A stretch of DNA of 64,000 bases from NCBI GenBank assembly GCA_002104905.1, contig MCFE01000225.1:1-64000 (forward strand), read 5' to 3'. The notes below the pieces were generated by a model that did no database searches, was not told where the DNA came from, and worked only from the letters and a program-made list of their open reading frames with translations. This document shows, one piece after another, positions 22,148 to 34,641 of the stretch (its first letter is position 1; each line of letters starts with the position of its first letter). Source of the stretch: Basidiobolus meristosporus CBS 931.73. Its lineage: Eukaryota > Fungi > Basidiobolomycota. A program made the translations under genes and the position numbers.

Positions 22148-24025
22148 ATGGAGCCACAGACCTCTAGTGATCGTGACTTTCCTTTGAACTACACAGAGGC
22201 AGAGGAGCGCTGTGACGAGGAGTCGCAGTTTCTAAAACCCAAGAATTCCACTGAGCAAATCCCGCTAACCTCGATTGGCGAGGATGAAGATCTGGTACCG
22301 CTTAGGTTGGAGACCCAGATCGGGACTTGGAAAAAAGCGTTCATACTGTTCGCGATATGTTTCTCCTCTGCCACAACCCATTTCGTGGCTCACATGTTGG
22401 GCCCACTTAAGGATACTCTGAAAACAGTAGGTTTCGCTTCTATTCTCCCTCACAAATCTCCTTCATTCCATGGTAACGAACTCTTTTCTTGTCAAAGAAT
22501 CTTGACATCAACAATACCCAATTTGGCTTGCTCCAGTCGTCGCTTTCCCTGATCCCCACCTTCTTTCCGTTTATTGGCGGTGTGTTCCTGGATGCATTTG
22601 GCGCCGAGTATAGCGCTATCTTTGCTTCAACCCTTGTTGTAAGTGGCCAGGCGGTTCTCGCCCTGGGTGCAGTTGCATTGAACTTTGAGCTGATGGTATT
22701 AGGCCTCTTTGCTGTAGGGTAAGAACTTTCGCTTTCTGCATGCTTCATCTCCTCAATACAAATACGACTTTGCCTTAGCGCAGGGAACGGGTGGATGGTC
22801 ATGATAAGTGAAGCCATAGTTGTCAAATTTTTTCGTGGGCGAAGTCTATCGTTGATGATTGGAATTCTTATCGCTATCGGGAAAATGGTAGGCTTGCTGA
22901 ACTCGATTGAGCAAACCGGAATCTAACTCTAGCGCTCAGTCCAGTTTCCTAGCTGCTGGGTTAACATTACATATCGCCAGCGCCTTCAAATACTTCGGGG
23001 GAGTATTCTGGTTTTCGACGGGGCTCTGCCTGTTGTCCTGGATAATGATGCTATCTTACGTGATATTTGTTCGCACAGTTGCTGTCAAGTCCTCAGGGCC
23101 TAGTCTTCCGAAACACCGACACATAAATTTCAAAAAGATCCTTCATTTCTCCGACACTGTCTGGGTGTATCTTTTTCTTGGGATGCTCTTTGATGCCGTG
23201 TGGGCCCCATTCCTTCATCTCTCGAGGTAGGCTTGCTTCTTGATGGCGACTTAGTATCCGATGGGTTGTTAACAGGATTTCTGCAGTAACATGATCAAGG
23301 TTCAGTTCGATACCAACGATATCGTGGCGGCGTGGCATTCCTCCATATCCTTCGTTCTGCCTGCCATTCTAAACCCTTTCCTTGGCATCTTTCTGGACAG
23401 ATTTGGGAAGCGGTGCTCCATATGTATGCCTATATTCGTGTTGAATCAACGTCGATGCTGACCACCTGTTTGCCTTTTAGTGACCATTGCGTCGGTGTTT
23501 CTGCTGCTTTCCGTTGTGCTCGTGCATCATCCTGTCAATCAGAACCCAGTGTGGCCGATGCTTTTTTTTGCTGCTTCACTTTCATTCGGGCCTCTTCCCT
23601 TGGTCACTTCGGTCCCACTCCTCTTCCCTACGGACGAGCATATTGGCACTGCTCTAGGAATTCACCGGTGCCTGGATAGCATTGGTGCCACTTTGATGGA
23701 CACGGTCACTGGGGTAATCCAGGATAAAGACTCGGCGCAAGGGTACAGCGGGGTTCTTACGCTGCTTACCTTGCTCTCAGTGATGTGTTTTATCGGATCC
23801 ATCGGGTTCTGGTGGATGGACAAAGTCTTTGAAGACGGAATATTAGAGGCGGGGGTATTGACCAGGAACTCAAAGCTGAAATCCAAGGCAATTGCCAACT
23901 CACTCGCCCACAGCAGACCACCAGCCGGTAGAACCATCATCTACGCGGGATTTTCATTCGTTGCGTTCATCGTGTGTTGGTTGGTCTTTTGGTGGGTCAA
24001 CTGCGAGGTTGCTTTCCGAACATAG
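22148..24025 (+). CDS. MFS transporter, MFSD1-like, multi-exon
   Basis: Hydrophobic exons with an MFS loop motif (GGVFLDAFGAE; GIFLDRFGKR), plus LGPLKDTLK, QFGLLQSS and IGTALGIHRCLDSIG. Confidence 0.85.
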
Positions 24026-24210
24026 CGAAACCTCCCAAGCCATGTACATACTTTATTTATTTGTATCCTCTCCAACTAGTTGATTAATAAATATGCGGTC
24101 TTTACTAATCAAGTCACGTGGCTACGAATGATTAATGATACACACTCAATGCTATATTCATCCACACCAGTAACCAAATAGATACACGTAGTCGCTCCCT
24201 CTGACCCAGC

Positions 24211-25651
24211 ATGCCGGACCTCACCAACGCATTTCGGGACTCTGTAAAAGAGCTTTCCAGTAGCCAGCAACTGAAGAATGAGTTAAGAAAAAGACGTGGC
24301 AGTGGCGATAAGCAAGCTTCCCAGGCCAAACCCCATGACGAATTTATCAAGGAAGCGTATAGAGTGGTAAAGTAGTCGTTCACTAGTAGCCTTTTTTCTG
24401 GCAGATTCATTCCTTGGAGAAGCAGTTGGCTGGGGAGAGAGAGAAAAGCTCTTTTGCTTTTAATGGAGGACACTGCGATTCTCGAACAACACCACTCAGA
24501 TATCTCACGTACACACACTGACCGGTTTTTTAAAGGCCAATCATATAGTCTCCTTGAAGAATTTTCTTTTCTCCGTCCGTCGGGCGTACTTGAATTTCTC
24601 CAGAACGACCGCTGTTCAAACTCAATTCCCTACCCAGAACCAAACGTTTTCCGAGCTGAACCTGAGCTTACCAAGTGGCGCTAGTCTTACCAACAAACAA
24701 AGAGATGAGATCGATATGCAAGCCAAGATGATCATACAAAACTGCATTTCCAGAATCACCTCGTTAGAAAACGTGGAGAAAGGTCAGTAACTAGTGGGTT
24801 TCCTAGGGTCAACACTGCCCTTCTGGCTGAGGAACGATAATTCACCCACGTTGCTTTACCTCCGTCTCTAGTTCGCCAATCACAAATCAAGGCCAACCCT
24901 TTGAACTCGTTCTCCAAGATATTTACGACCACCTCAGACTTAGCCCAGGAGATACTTACCACACATCGAAGCGGTATACTGTGGCTCTTGAACAAACGTC
25001 TAATGGACGTATCCACCATTCAAAGGGAACATCAAGAAGCTAGACTTACTCGAGAGATGGAGCGTCAAAGAAGGTAGGGCACCAAGGCAAACAACTCTTC
25101 AGTGGCCATTCACTAACTCTTTTGTACAGCCCCATCAATCAACAAATTAAAAACTTGGGCACCAGCTCGACCTTCCCAGACTTCACAGCCCATGGTGATG
25201 ATGAAGGTAAAGCAGCCCTAGAGGAGTCTGCCTCAGAGGATGAGTTCGAGCCACAGTTGTCAGCGCAGGAGAAAATGGTGCTTGAGATGGAGAACGAGGC
25301 ATTGGTCAAAGACCTGGAATCATCCCTGGATGAAGTCAAGTAAGCTGAATTTCAAATAGCCATCGTGTTCGCTTGTACACCTGACCGACCCGCTGCATTC
25401 TGAACAGGAAAGTAGAGCAAACGTTACTTGAAATCGCTACCTTACAAAACACATTGTCAACACATCTGGCGATCCAGGCCAAAGAAACGGAACGCCTACA
25501 GTCAGAAGCCATTGCCACCACCGAGCGCATCAGAGATGGAAACGTCATGCTTGCCCAGGCAAGACAGCGTCATTCAGATCTAAGAAAATGGATACTGTTC
25601 TTCCTGATCATGGTGAGCGGTGTTCTACTATTCTTGGACTGGTACGATTGA
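24211..25651 (+). CDS. UFE1: ER Qa-SNARE syntaxin 18/Ufe1
   Basis: Contains MPDLTNAFR, DEFIKEAYRV and LTNKQRDEID, followed by the SNARE motif LEIATLQNTLSTHLAIQAKETERL and a C-terminal TM ending LLFLDWYD. Confidence 0.9.
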
Positions 25652-25877
25652 GCTGTGCACAAATGTAATCTAATAAACAAATCAACCTCATTGATCTTGG
25701 CCTTCTCATCCATCAACCATCTAGTCTTTTTCCAACTAATAACGGCGATGTGACCAATCTGGATTCTTGATAAAATCAAGGATTCGCCAACAGCTCGAGA
25801 TAAGGCTCCTTGATGCTTTACCGTCCTTTTCAGGCTCAACACTAGGCCAGAAGCAACCAAGGTGTGCTTTCTTGATC

Positions 25878-26690
25878 ATGTCCAGAAAAGCCAACCAACC
25901 CGCCGGTTGGCCACCTGGCGTCACTTATAGTCCTACTTCAGTTTGGGCAAATCATGTACCACTTGAGGTGAAGGAAAAATACAAGCCATCCAACTCGCGG
26001 CTCAGTACACACATACCCGATCCCGTAGAGTACATCCTCACTCTGAAGCAGCACGAAATCACCCCCGACGGGAGAAAAACCAAAATCAAGGCAATCACCA
26101 ACCCAGAACATCCTTGCTGTGGCGCTTACGGGCTGTTTGCCGCCTGCCACATAGAACCCAAGCAGCATATTGTCGATTACTGTGGAAACATTCACCTATC
26201 CGACGTGGGCGATACCGATCCAGAAATCCAAAAGAGTGACTACGTGATAAGGTTCACTTCTGAGCTTTCGATCGATGCCGGCCGGCAGGGAAATGAAGGG
26301 CGATTTGTCAACGACTTTCGGGGCGTGCCTAAAGAGCCAGCGGGCGGTGCGAACGACCAAGAAGCTGGGAGAAATAAAGAGAGCGCAAAGGGTAGGGATA
26401 AGGGTAAGGGAAAAAGCAAGGGCAAGGGCAAAGATCATGGGGGTCTGCACGAAAAAAGCCAAGCGAACGATACAGCCTCTTACAAAAAATCGAACACAAC
26501 GGAGAAGTCCCAGCCAACCGTAATGTTCATGAATTACTTGGATGAAAGAACCAAGGAAATCCGAATCGGAATCTTCGCTACAAGGAAGATACGCAAAGGG
26601 GACGAGTTGCTTATAAGCTATGGGAAATCCTTCTGGCGATCGCGCCTCGGATCCGTTCCAAGTGCATTTGCAGATGCCAGCTATGATTGA
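25878..26690 (+). CDS. SET-domain protein (putative lysine methyltransferase), intronless
   Basis: Motifs HPCCGAYGLFA, VDYCG, SIDAGRQGNEGRFVNDFRG, IGIFATRKIRKGDELLISYGKSFW. Confidence 0.85.
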   Translation: MSRKANQPAGWPPGVTYSPTSVWANHVPLEVKEKYKPSNSRLSTHIPDPVEYILTLKQHEITPDGRKTKIKAITNPEHPCCGAYGLFAACHIEPKQHIVDYCGNIHLSDVGDTDPEIQKSDYVIRFTSELSIDAGRQGNEGRFVNDFRGVPKEPAGGANDQEAGRNKESAKGRDKGKGKSKGKGKDHGGLHEKSQANDTASYKKSNTTEKSQPTVMFMNYLDERTKEIRIGIFATRKIRKGDELLISYGKSFWRSRLGSVPSAFADASYD

Positions 26691-26855
26691 GTAACATTTT
26701 CACAACCCATGTTTTGTCTGTAGCATAGAGATGGTGAATAAACTCACCAGATGGGTGAAATACATAGCTGTTTAATGGTTGTATATTTTGCCTATTAATC
26801 GTATAATGTTTCGATGTAATACATTGCTTAATGGTTATAGCCGATCTTGACAAGC

Positions 26856-29800
26856 TCAGAAATTCGATCGGTATTTCTTGATCTCTACCATGACGTTCTG
26901 AATCCCAATGGGCGCCTGCTTAAAGCCATGTCCAGAGGATTTCTTGTCGAAGCGCTTATCGAGCAGTGCATGGAACCGAGTGTAATACACCAATAACTGA
27001 CCAAGCACCGTATGCAGGATTGTGGTGCCATTCTTGAAGTTGGAGAACTTCTGTATCACCGAGGAATTAATGGAGGCGATTTCATTGCGCCAGTTGCTGT
27101 TGAAGTGGGAAGAGATTCTTTCGAATTGATCTGCGGAAGAGGAGGCGGTTAGGTGCCATGCTACCAGTGGCATGTCGTAGCGAACCAACCTTGGGGAATG
27201 GTGGCCAGATCTGGCTCTTTCTCCGCCTGTTTCACGAACTTCATTAGGTCTCCGAAATACGGGCTGAGCTGCTCCTCAACAAATTCGGCGATTTTCGAAT
27301 TCAATAAAGCCCTGGTGTGCTCGATCTCTCCTTCGGCTGTTTTAACATTCGCTTCCTGGATGTGTGGACGACGAGGTCATTACGGATCTAGTGAATGGAG
27401 AGGAAAGCATGCTTACGCTCAGGATCGACACGATCAGGTCATAGTTGTTGATTAGGAAAGTGTATCGATCTATGCGATCGGAGAACTCAAGCGACATCCT
27501 GACCAGCAGCCCCTCTACCTCGGTCCTCAGACGGACAAGACTACGTTGAATGAAGGTTAGTAGCCAGCATTGCCTGTGACCATCCTCATACAATATCGAC
27601 TCTACCTGTTGGTGAGCAATGCATCTTCATAGCCCTGGTTCAGGATAAGGATCGATGAGGCAAACTCTGCGTATTTCCTTGTGATCTATGGCGAACATCC
27701 CGGTTAGCTATGTGGTAGAGTTCGAGAGCCCATATTGGCACATACGTATTGTGGATGAACGTCTTTGGAAGACATCAGGCGATGGGCAGAGGCCTTTTTG
27801 ACGCTATCAATATGCTGGTTCATGATGATTTGGAACCTGGGCCAGCACAGCAGGTTGATGGCATTTGAATAGCTCTCGAGGGAAGAGATTGACCGATGCT
27901 GGGTTTCCATGGCAAGCTTCGTGTTGATACGAATGCATATTAAAATTCCAATGGCGTCGTAGCTTGTCTCGATATATTGCTTGGTAGCACTCTAATCATT
28001 CTGGTCGTTAGTTTGGAGATAGACTGGTGTTCAACAGCATACTTGCGCACATACCAGGCTGAGCTTGAGAGTAGGCTCGAATATCTGCTCAAATACAAGG
28101 CGAGGGATCTCACGAACAGGTTCCGACTCGTTAGCATCGGGGTGAGTGAAAAACTCGGACACGAACTGAAACTCCGAAGTGGCATTATCAGCCAACACGG
28201 TGTTGAAACTGTGGAACAGCATCTCATACGGGTATTTCTAGATCACAGTCAGAATGGCCCCAACAGAAAGCCAACTGGAAGCCTATTTACCAGATTCTTT
28301 TCATGTGCAACGTGTAGTAGTATGACTCCGGCCTCTTGATCACCAAGCACGTTGGCCCGATTTCCCAAGGCGAAAACATTGGACTTGTCCTTCAAGTGTT
28401 TCCCAACGCCAAAGAAGTTATGCTTGGTGCTCTCGCCAAGACCGATCATGTCAAGCTTATCTGCAATGGTGCTCTGAACATCGAATAAATAACCAGCCTT
28501 CGATTGCTTGGATGGCTAGCCACCACATACCTGTAGCTTCAGCAATCCCCGGTTGTACCGATCAAAATGGTTGAAGAAATAGGCCCGCATGGTGTTGATA
28601 TAATGCTGGCGAACCTCCGCTGCTGACTCGCGATGGCGCTTCATCAAGAAGCGGTTAAATTCGGTGTACTTCAGGAAGACGGTTTGCTGGATCATTTGAA
28701 TATTGGTGTTTGGTATACGCAGTGATTTGACTTTGTCGAGCAGGAACTCCCGGATTTTATACGAGGCCTGGGTTGGGAAGACGATGGTGAGTCAGACTCG
28801 GTGTATGCTATGTGCGTCCTGGTCATCTTACCTTGAGTCGCAACTTCTCGAACTCGGGGCCTACTTCCTGTAACGCGTGAATCCCCTTTTTGTTGTTGGC
28901 TTTGACAAACGTCATTTTTTTATTCAGCGCAATTAAACACTCTAGGTACGCCTCGTTCACCTCATTCTCGCTAATCGCCCTAGAACAAATGTGAGCCGCT
29001 GCATCGGTGAGTTCATGGCTCCGTTAAGCCTCACTTACTTGACCATCTTGGGCGGAATAACTATTCCTTCAAGGAGCTCGCTCAACTCCTGTTCTAAAGA
29101 CTAAAGAAAATTGGGTGAGACATTTCCAGAATGATGGTTACTATATTCTGACTAACCAGTCTATTCTTCAGTTTCTGGTTCATGGCTAGGGATTGCTTTT
29201 GTAAGCTTTGAATATCATTGTTGATGTTTCCAAGATTGCTCTGGAATCCGGTTAGCAAGGATTCCATAGTCTCCAATATTTCATCGCAAGCCTAAAAAGT
29301 ATTCTGTGTCAACAGTGACATGAAGAGTTGAATATACGACCAAGTAAGAGGAACCTTGATATCCTGATTCAGGTCTACGAAATTCTCTGCTTGGGCAACA
29401 TCTATAGGGATGACAATTATCATTCAGAGTTACTGCCAAAAGACCAAGCTCGTGGTACTGTTACTTCCAGCCTGTACATACATTCCAAAATGTGCTCTTG
29501 CTCGATTGCTTTCAGTTGATCTTCAATGGTTTTGGCGTACTTTCGCAGATCCATACCCTATCGATTGTTGGTGAATGACCACTCGTTTATCATCTAGACG
29601 ACTCAAAACGATAATCTACCTGCATTACAGCTTTCCTGACTAGAGGATCTTCTTGGAATTCAGAGATGCGATCTTGAGTTTGAATTGCCGACATTAGCAG
29701 AAATCAGAAATCACGAGCTGAAGAAACTTGAGCTACCATCGACCTCGGTAAAGGTGTCTTTCGAGTTAACATTCCAATCTCCAATGATGTTTTCTAGGCG

Positions 29801-30088
29801 AGATTGCGTATCGGTGTCACCATTCTCTTTCTATAGATAGAATTTTAGCCCCGTTTCCGAAAAGAAGTACACAACACAACATGTATCAGTCAGCCAGAAC
29901 TTGATGTTCGACTCACGCCAATCAGATATTTGTGAAATGAATCACCGAGATTTCAGGGTTGCAACGTCTCAGCTAACCTTTTCGCCGTCGTCCTTTAATA
30001 TAGTGTCTATAAGTCCGGGCTCTTTTATCTTCTCTTCGACAATCCCCGCATCTTGCACATCTTTCGTTGTCTGTTGCTCTAAAGACAT
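26856..30088 (-). CDS. VPS52: GARP complex subunit Vps52, multi-exon
   Basis: Contains MESLLTGFQSNLGNINNDIQSLQKQSLAMNQKLKNR, LCWPRFQIIMNQHIDSVK and FSNFKNGTTILHTVLGQLLVYYTRF. First exon inferred as MSLEQQTTKDVQD... Confidence 0.92.
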
Positions 30089-30502
30089 ACTGGAACGAAT
30101 GAAGTGTGTAACTTATGCATACAACGCATCGTACATAAATTCATTTATGGCGCTGATTACGAGGTTCATACAATGCCTGATTAACCTACTAATCAGCGGC
30201 CTGAATTTGGAATTATAGTCCTGTCAGAATTGAAATCCGTATATCCTATGCAGCTACCAATGCAACCCCACCAGCCTAAATACCAGCTATGTGGCTTGAA
30301 GCGAGAGAAGCGGTCATGTCTATGGTAAATGACACCACAATTCACGCATTAAATTAGTAATTTATTCAGTCTAAAGCTCTCAACCGAACAGAGAGTATCT
30401 GATTTTACAAGAACGTATCGAAAAATATGGATCACCAGTACCAAAGAGGCTTGCGTACATCTCGCCCCGCCTCGTCTAACCCCTAATTCCAAACACCCAG
30501 CT

Positions 30503-31469
30503 TTAGTTCTGCTTTGGCTTGGATGCTGGCTTCTTGTAAGTTTTGCGGAAGAAATTGATGAAAAGAACCAAATAAGATGACAAAAGTGCGCAACCGAAGA
30601 GAGCAGCCCCAACGGTTCCGGAGCAATCGGCGACGTGGGGAAGGAATGGGAAGAAGTTAAAGGCAAAGAAGGTATAAGTACAGAAATAGACAAATCCAAG
30701 ATCTAAGATAAACTGAGTGATTTGCATTGTGGTTAAATATTTCTTCCACCAAATACGGACACCAGCAGTGGCACGGTAGTAGTAATAGTACATGAGAACG
30801 TGGACACAAAGGTTCAACGTAATAGGAACCCAAGACTAGAATAAAGTTAGTGACGGGCCAAATCGGGGATTCTTCAGTCTCACTTACCACAGCAGTGCTG
30901 CCGATCAACTGAGTGAAGCAGAGGACCATGGTCAAACTGTGATGATAATAATGCAGGAATTCTGAGCCAAGGGGTTAGCTTACACTTGCGAAACAAATAG
31001 ATGGACCATAGTTCACGTTACCGAGCTTCTTCTTCTTCAAGACAAGGAAAATGGTATCAATAAGCTCGTAATACTTGGTCAAATAGTTGAGGTAGTACAA
31101 GAATTCCAAGCGTTGAGTCCAGGAGGTCTGGTAACAGACAGAGCCAAAAAGTCCCTGGTTCCAGACAATAGGGATGATGTTTTCGGCGATGAGGAGTAGA
31201 AGAGTTGCCGATACTACGGTCAAGAACAGGTTGTGCACTTTGAAGAGAAAGTCCAATTTGAAAGCCTTTCTGTTTCTCATCAGGTACTGTCCACCAAAGA
31301 TGGTCACCAAGTAGATGACACAAGCAGCAGCAACCTCAGGCACGGTGGAAAGTGGGGTAACACCTTCTTCGAACTTGAAGGATGTATATGATGTACCGGT
31401 AATGGCATGGTACGCTTTGTCAAAGTACGCCTCTAAAGGGATAAAAAACGGTTGCTCGGCGCTCCACAT
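30503..31469 (-). CDS. GNS1/SUR4-family fatty acid elongase, 3 exons
   Basis: Motifs YLNYLTKYYELIDTIFLVLKKK, FLHYYHH, NLCVHVLMYYYY and WWKKYLTTMQITQF, with a Lys-rich C-terminus. Confidence 0.95.
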
Positions 31470-32292
31470 GATAACGAAGAAAACAATGGCTCTTCTAAAG
31501 CAAACGGGTGTTTATAAGTGAAATTGGTGGGTCGCTATTTTTATAGAAAGAATGATAAATATACAATATAAATTGACATGATCCAATCGCCAGTTGCTAT
31601 ATTGTACGAAAATGGGACATCTCTACTAAGAGCCCTCTCCTTTCTTAGAAACTCTACGTAGATCGACGAATAGCATTTTGTGTTGACCTAGCTTATGTAT
31701 TCGAACACCCTGATCTCCCTAGTATCTTCCTAGCGTTTCGGGTAGGAGAACCAGCATTTCATAAGGTGAACTAACAATCCAAGAGTATGGATATGATTAT
31801 CACGTGCTTTCCATTATTTGTGCAACCCGCTATGAATTTCACATGAGTTGGTAATAGTTTGTCCATCGAATTAGAAGCGATATTCGGATATTACTCGGAT
31901 ATTACGGAAATGCATTGATATTTTGGCTTGATGGCTATGCTGGGAATCTAGGCCAAAAACGAAATCAGCCTAAACCCAATGACGACGGGTTGGCCGCTTT
32001 TTTTTCAGGTGGGAAGTTGGTTAATTCTGTTCACCAACGCTTGAAATCCTGCTTAGCCTGATTGATGGTGATTAAAAACTTTTTCATTCACGAATGCGAA
32101 AAAGATGTCACGTGAGGAGGGGCTGGTTCACCATCAAAATCCATGGCGAACGTTCGGTCTTTCCTTCTCCTTGCTCTCTCGCTTTTGAGGTAAGACGCAC
32201 CATTTGGAATCCGATGGAGTGGCCAAAACCATCCATCGATGGTACCATGTAACCTGATTAATAACATGTTGTTTCTATCCAGGTTTTTACAA

Positions 32293-32940
32293 ATGGGTCG
32301 CCGTCCTGCTCGTTGTTATCGTTATTGTAAAAACAAGCCTTATCCCAAATCCCGTTTCTGTCGTGGTGTCCCCGACCCCAAGATCAGAATCTTCGATTTG
32401 GGCCGTAAGAAGGCTAGCGTTGATGAGTTCCCTCTCTGCGTTCACTTGATCTCTAACGAGTATGAACAGCTCTCCAGCGAAGCTTTGGAAGCTGCCCGTA
32501 TTAGTTGCAACAAGTACATTACCAAGATGGCTGGTAAGGACTCCTTCCACTTGCGTGTCCGTGTCCACCCCTACCACGTTGTTCGTATCAACAAGATGTT
32601 GTCTTGCGCTGGTGCTGATAGACTTCAGACTGGTATGCGTGGTGCCTTCGGTAAGCCTCAAGGTACTGTTGCCCGTGTCAACATTGGCCAAATTATCTTC
32701 TCCATCCGTACCAAGGACAGCAACAAGGCTGTTGTCATTGAAGCTCTCCGTCGTGCCAAGTACAAGTTCCCTGGCCAACAAAAGATCATTCTCTCCAAGA
32801 AGTGGGGCTTCACCAAGCTCACTCGTGAGGAATACGTTGTTGAACGCCAAGCTGGCCGTCTTCAACCTGACGGTTGCTACGTCAAGTACATCACCGAGCA
32901 CGGTCCTCTCGAAAACCACTTCAAGAGAATCTCTGCTTAA
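32293..32940 (+). CDS. RPL10: 60S ribosomal protein uL16 (L10); 5'-UTR intron at 32190-32282
   Basis: [40 protein letters not shown]... Strong codon bias. A pyrimidine-rich non-coding first exon is followed by GTAAGA..CCAG. Confidence 0.99.
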   Translation: MGRRPARCYRYCKNKPYPKSRFCRGVPDPKIRIFDLGRKKASVDEFPLCVHLISNEYEQLSSEALEAARISCNKYITKMAGKDSFHLRVRVHPYHVVRINKMLSCAGADRLQTGMRGAFGKPQGTVARVNIGQIIFSIRTKDSNKAVVIEALRRAKYKFPGQQKIILSKKWGFTKLTREEYVVERQAGRLQPDGCYVKYITEHGPLENHFKRISA

Positions 32941-33382
32941 GTCACGGTTTTGATTACCTCCAGAGAGTCTATACATGGATGATTTGGCCATTATTGAAAT
33001 AAACATTGCACAGCACTGCAACTAAATTCGCTACTGTTTTTGGCACCTATTTTTTCTTTACTTCTTCAGTGTCCTAGTGAGGGAGGTTGGCTCACGAAAT
33101 GGGCCGTTTATTTGACATCTTTGAGTGTCTACTAAGAGCTATGTACCTAGGAGATAAGCTGGTATTCTAAAGATGTGGATGTGGTATAATAAGCCTGGCC
33201 TTGTATTGAAGCCGATATCTGAATATGGTGTTGCATATCAAAATTTTCGCGAAATAGAATTTCCTAGATATGGATATGATGGAGCGAGATAGGGACCGCT
33301 TATGAATATGAACACATTTGTTTGGCTATTACACAGGAAGAGTCAAAAGAATAGTTGATATATATTAGGACGATGCTATCGC

Positions 33383-34086
33383 TTAGAATGGCTCATAGTC
33401 CGGAGGACTTGTCATCCCAATGGAGAAGAGTATTACCCCACAAACCACATCCAGCATCCAGCTGACTATACAAGAGAGAAAAGCGAGATCGTACGTTGTT
33501 CCAAAGTAGAAGCGGGGGGAAGTTCCGTAGAGATGGGCAATGATCCCCATAGGCAGGATCTGACAAATGGCTGTTTGAAACAGAAAGTAGGTAAGATAAT
33601 ATGCGTTGCGAGCGACCTTCCTATTCAGAAATACAAACCGTGGACCGACAATAGGGGGACAGCGTATTTCCAGCTACGAGCTTGACGATTTGGACTCAAG
33701 AAAAACACGGTGCCAAAGAACACGAGGATTAACACACCAAGCATCCCAGCTATACTCATCCCGTTTTGAGCCATCTGCCACTTTTCGCAGAAGCCTACTT
33801 CTTTACAGTCCCCGTTGTCAGGATCAGGGAACGCGCGACACCCAGACGAGGAGCATTTCTTCCATAACCCGTAATATATATTGGATTTGAATGGCCCAGG
33901 TGTTCGGAAATTTAGCCAATTGGTGCCAAATACTGAGACGAGAGTCAGGACGTATGCGACAGAGAATAGGAAAGTGACTACTGTGTAGGTCCTTGTGGAG
34001 ATGACACTGAAGAAATGTCTAAAGTACCGCCTTGGATATAATTCGTGATATTCATAAGTTTGTGAGGTTCCTTGGCTGGGAGTCAT
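33383..34086 (-). CDS. Claudin/PMP22-like four-TM membrane protein, 2 exons
   Basis: TM1 is followed by W-x15-GLW-x2-C-x4-C (NWLNFRTPGPFKSNIYYGLWKKCSSSGC). A second exon adds TM3-4 and ends ..SPPDYEPF*. Confidence 0.7.
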
Positions 34087-34641
34087 TCTTTGCTTCAACT
34101 ACTAACATACGTTAGGTAAAAGATTAACACCAACGCGATATTAATTGTACAGCATTCGGGGAATTACGTTACATGTGACCTTTGATGAAATCATCAAACT
34201 CCCATGATTATCTTGCTGTTGACAATATAATAAAATAGTCATATTCCAAGCTTTGCAGGACTGTTTGCCCACAGCACGTGATAGAATCCCAATTACTGCT
34301 CTGGTGGTGGTCTGAAACATGGTGCGTATGTTAACAGGAGCGTTGTGCATTATTCCAAGAAAATGCACCAGTCATGCACAGGTGTCTGCATTCATGGATA
34401 AGAGTGATGGCGTCCTACGAAATGACCAAACTCTTGTGCACGATCGTGAATGGCATGCTCGCAAATCTTTCCAATCAGAGCATGGCCTGATGACCTAATG
34501 ATAATCAATCCACTATTCAACAGTACATCTTGTTATTCCATGTTTCAAGCATAACATGCTTCTTTACTCTTAAATGATTGTTTCTTGTGCGTTACATGGT
34601 TCGTACACTCGAGTATGAAATATATGGCTGGTACATGTATA

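Noticed and set aside
29901-30699. Short ORFs 29901..30218 (+) and 30349..30699 (-)
   Set aside because: They overlap the VPS52 first exon or the elongase 3' end and UTR, and have no recognisable protein content.
32287-33021. 244-aa antisense ORF over RPL10
   Set aside because: Explained by codon bias: highly expressed genes avoid TTA/CTA/TCA, which removes in-register antisense stops. No independent protein signal.
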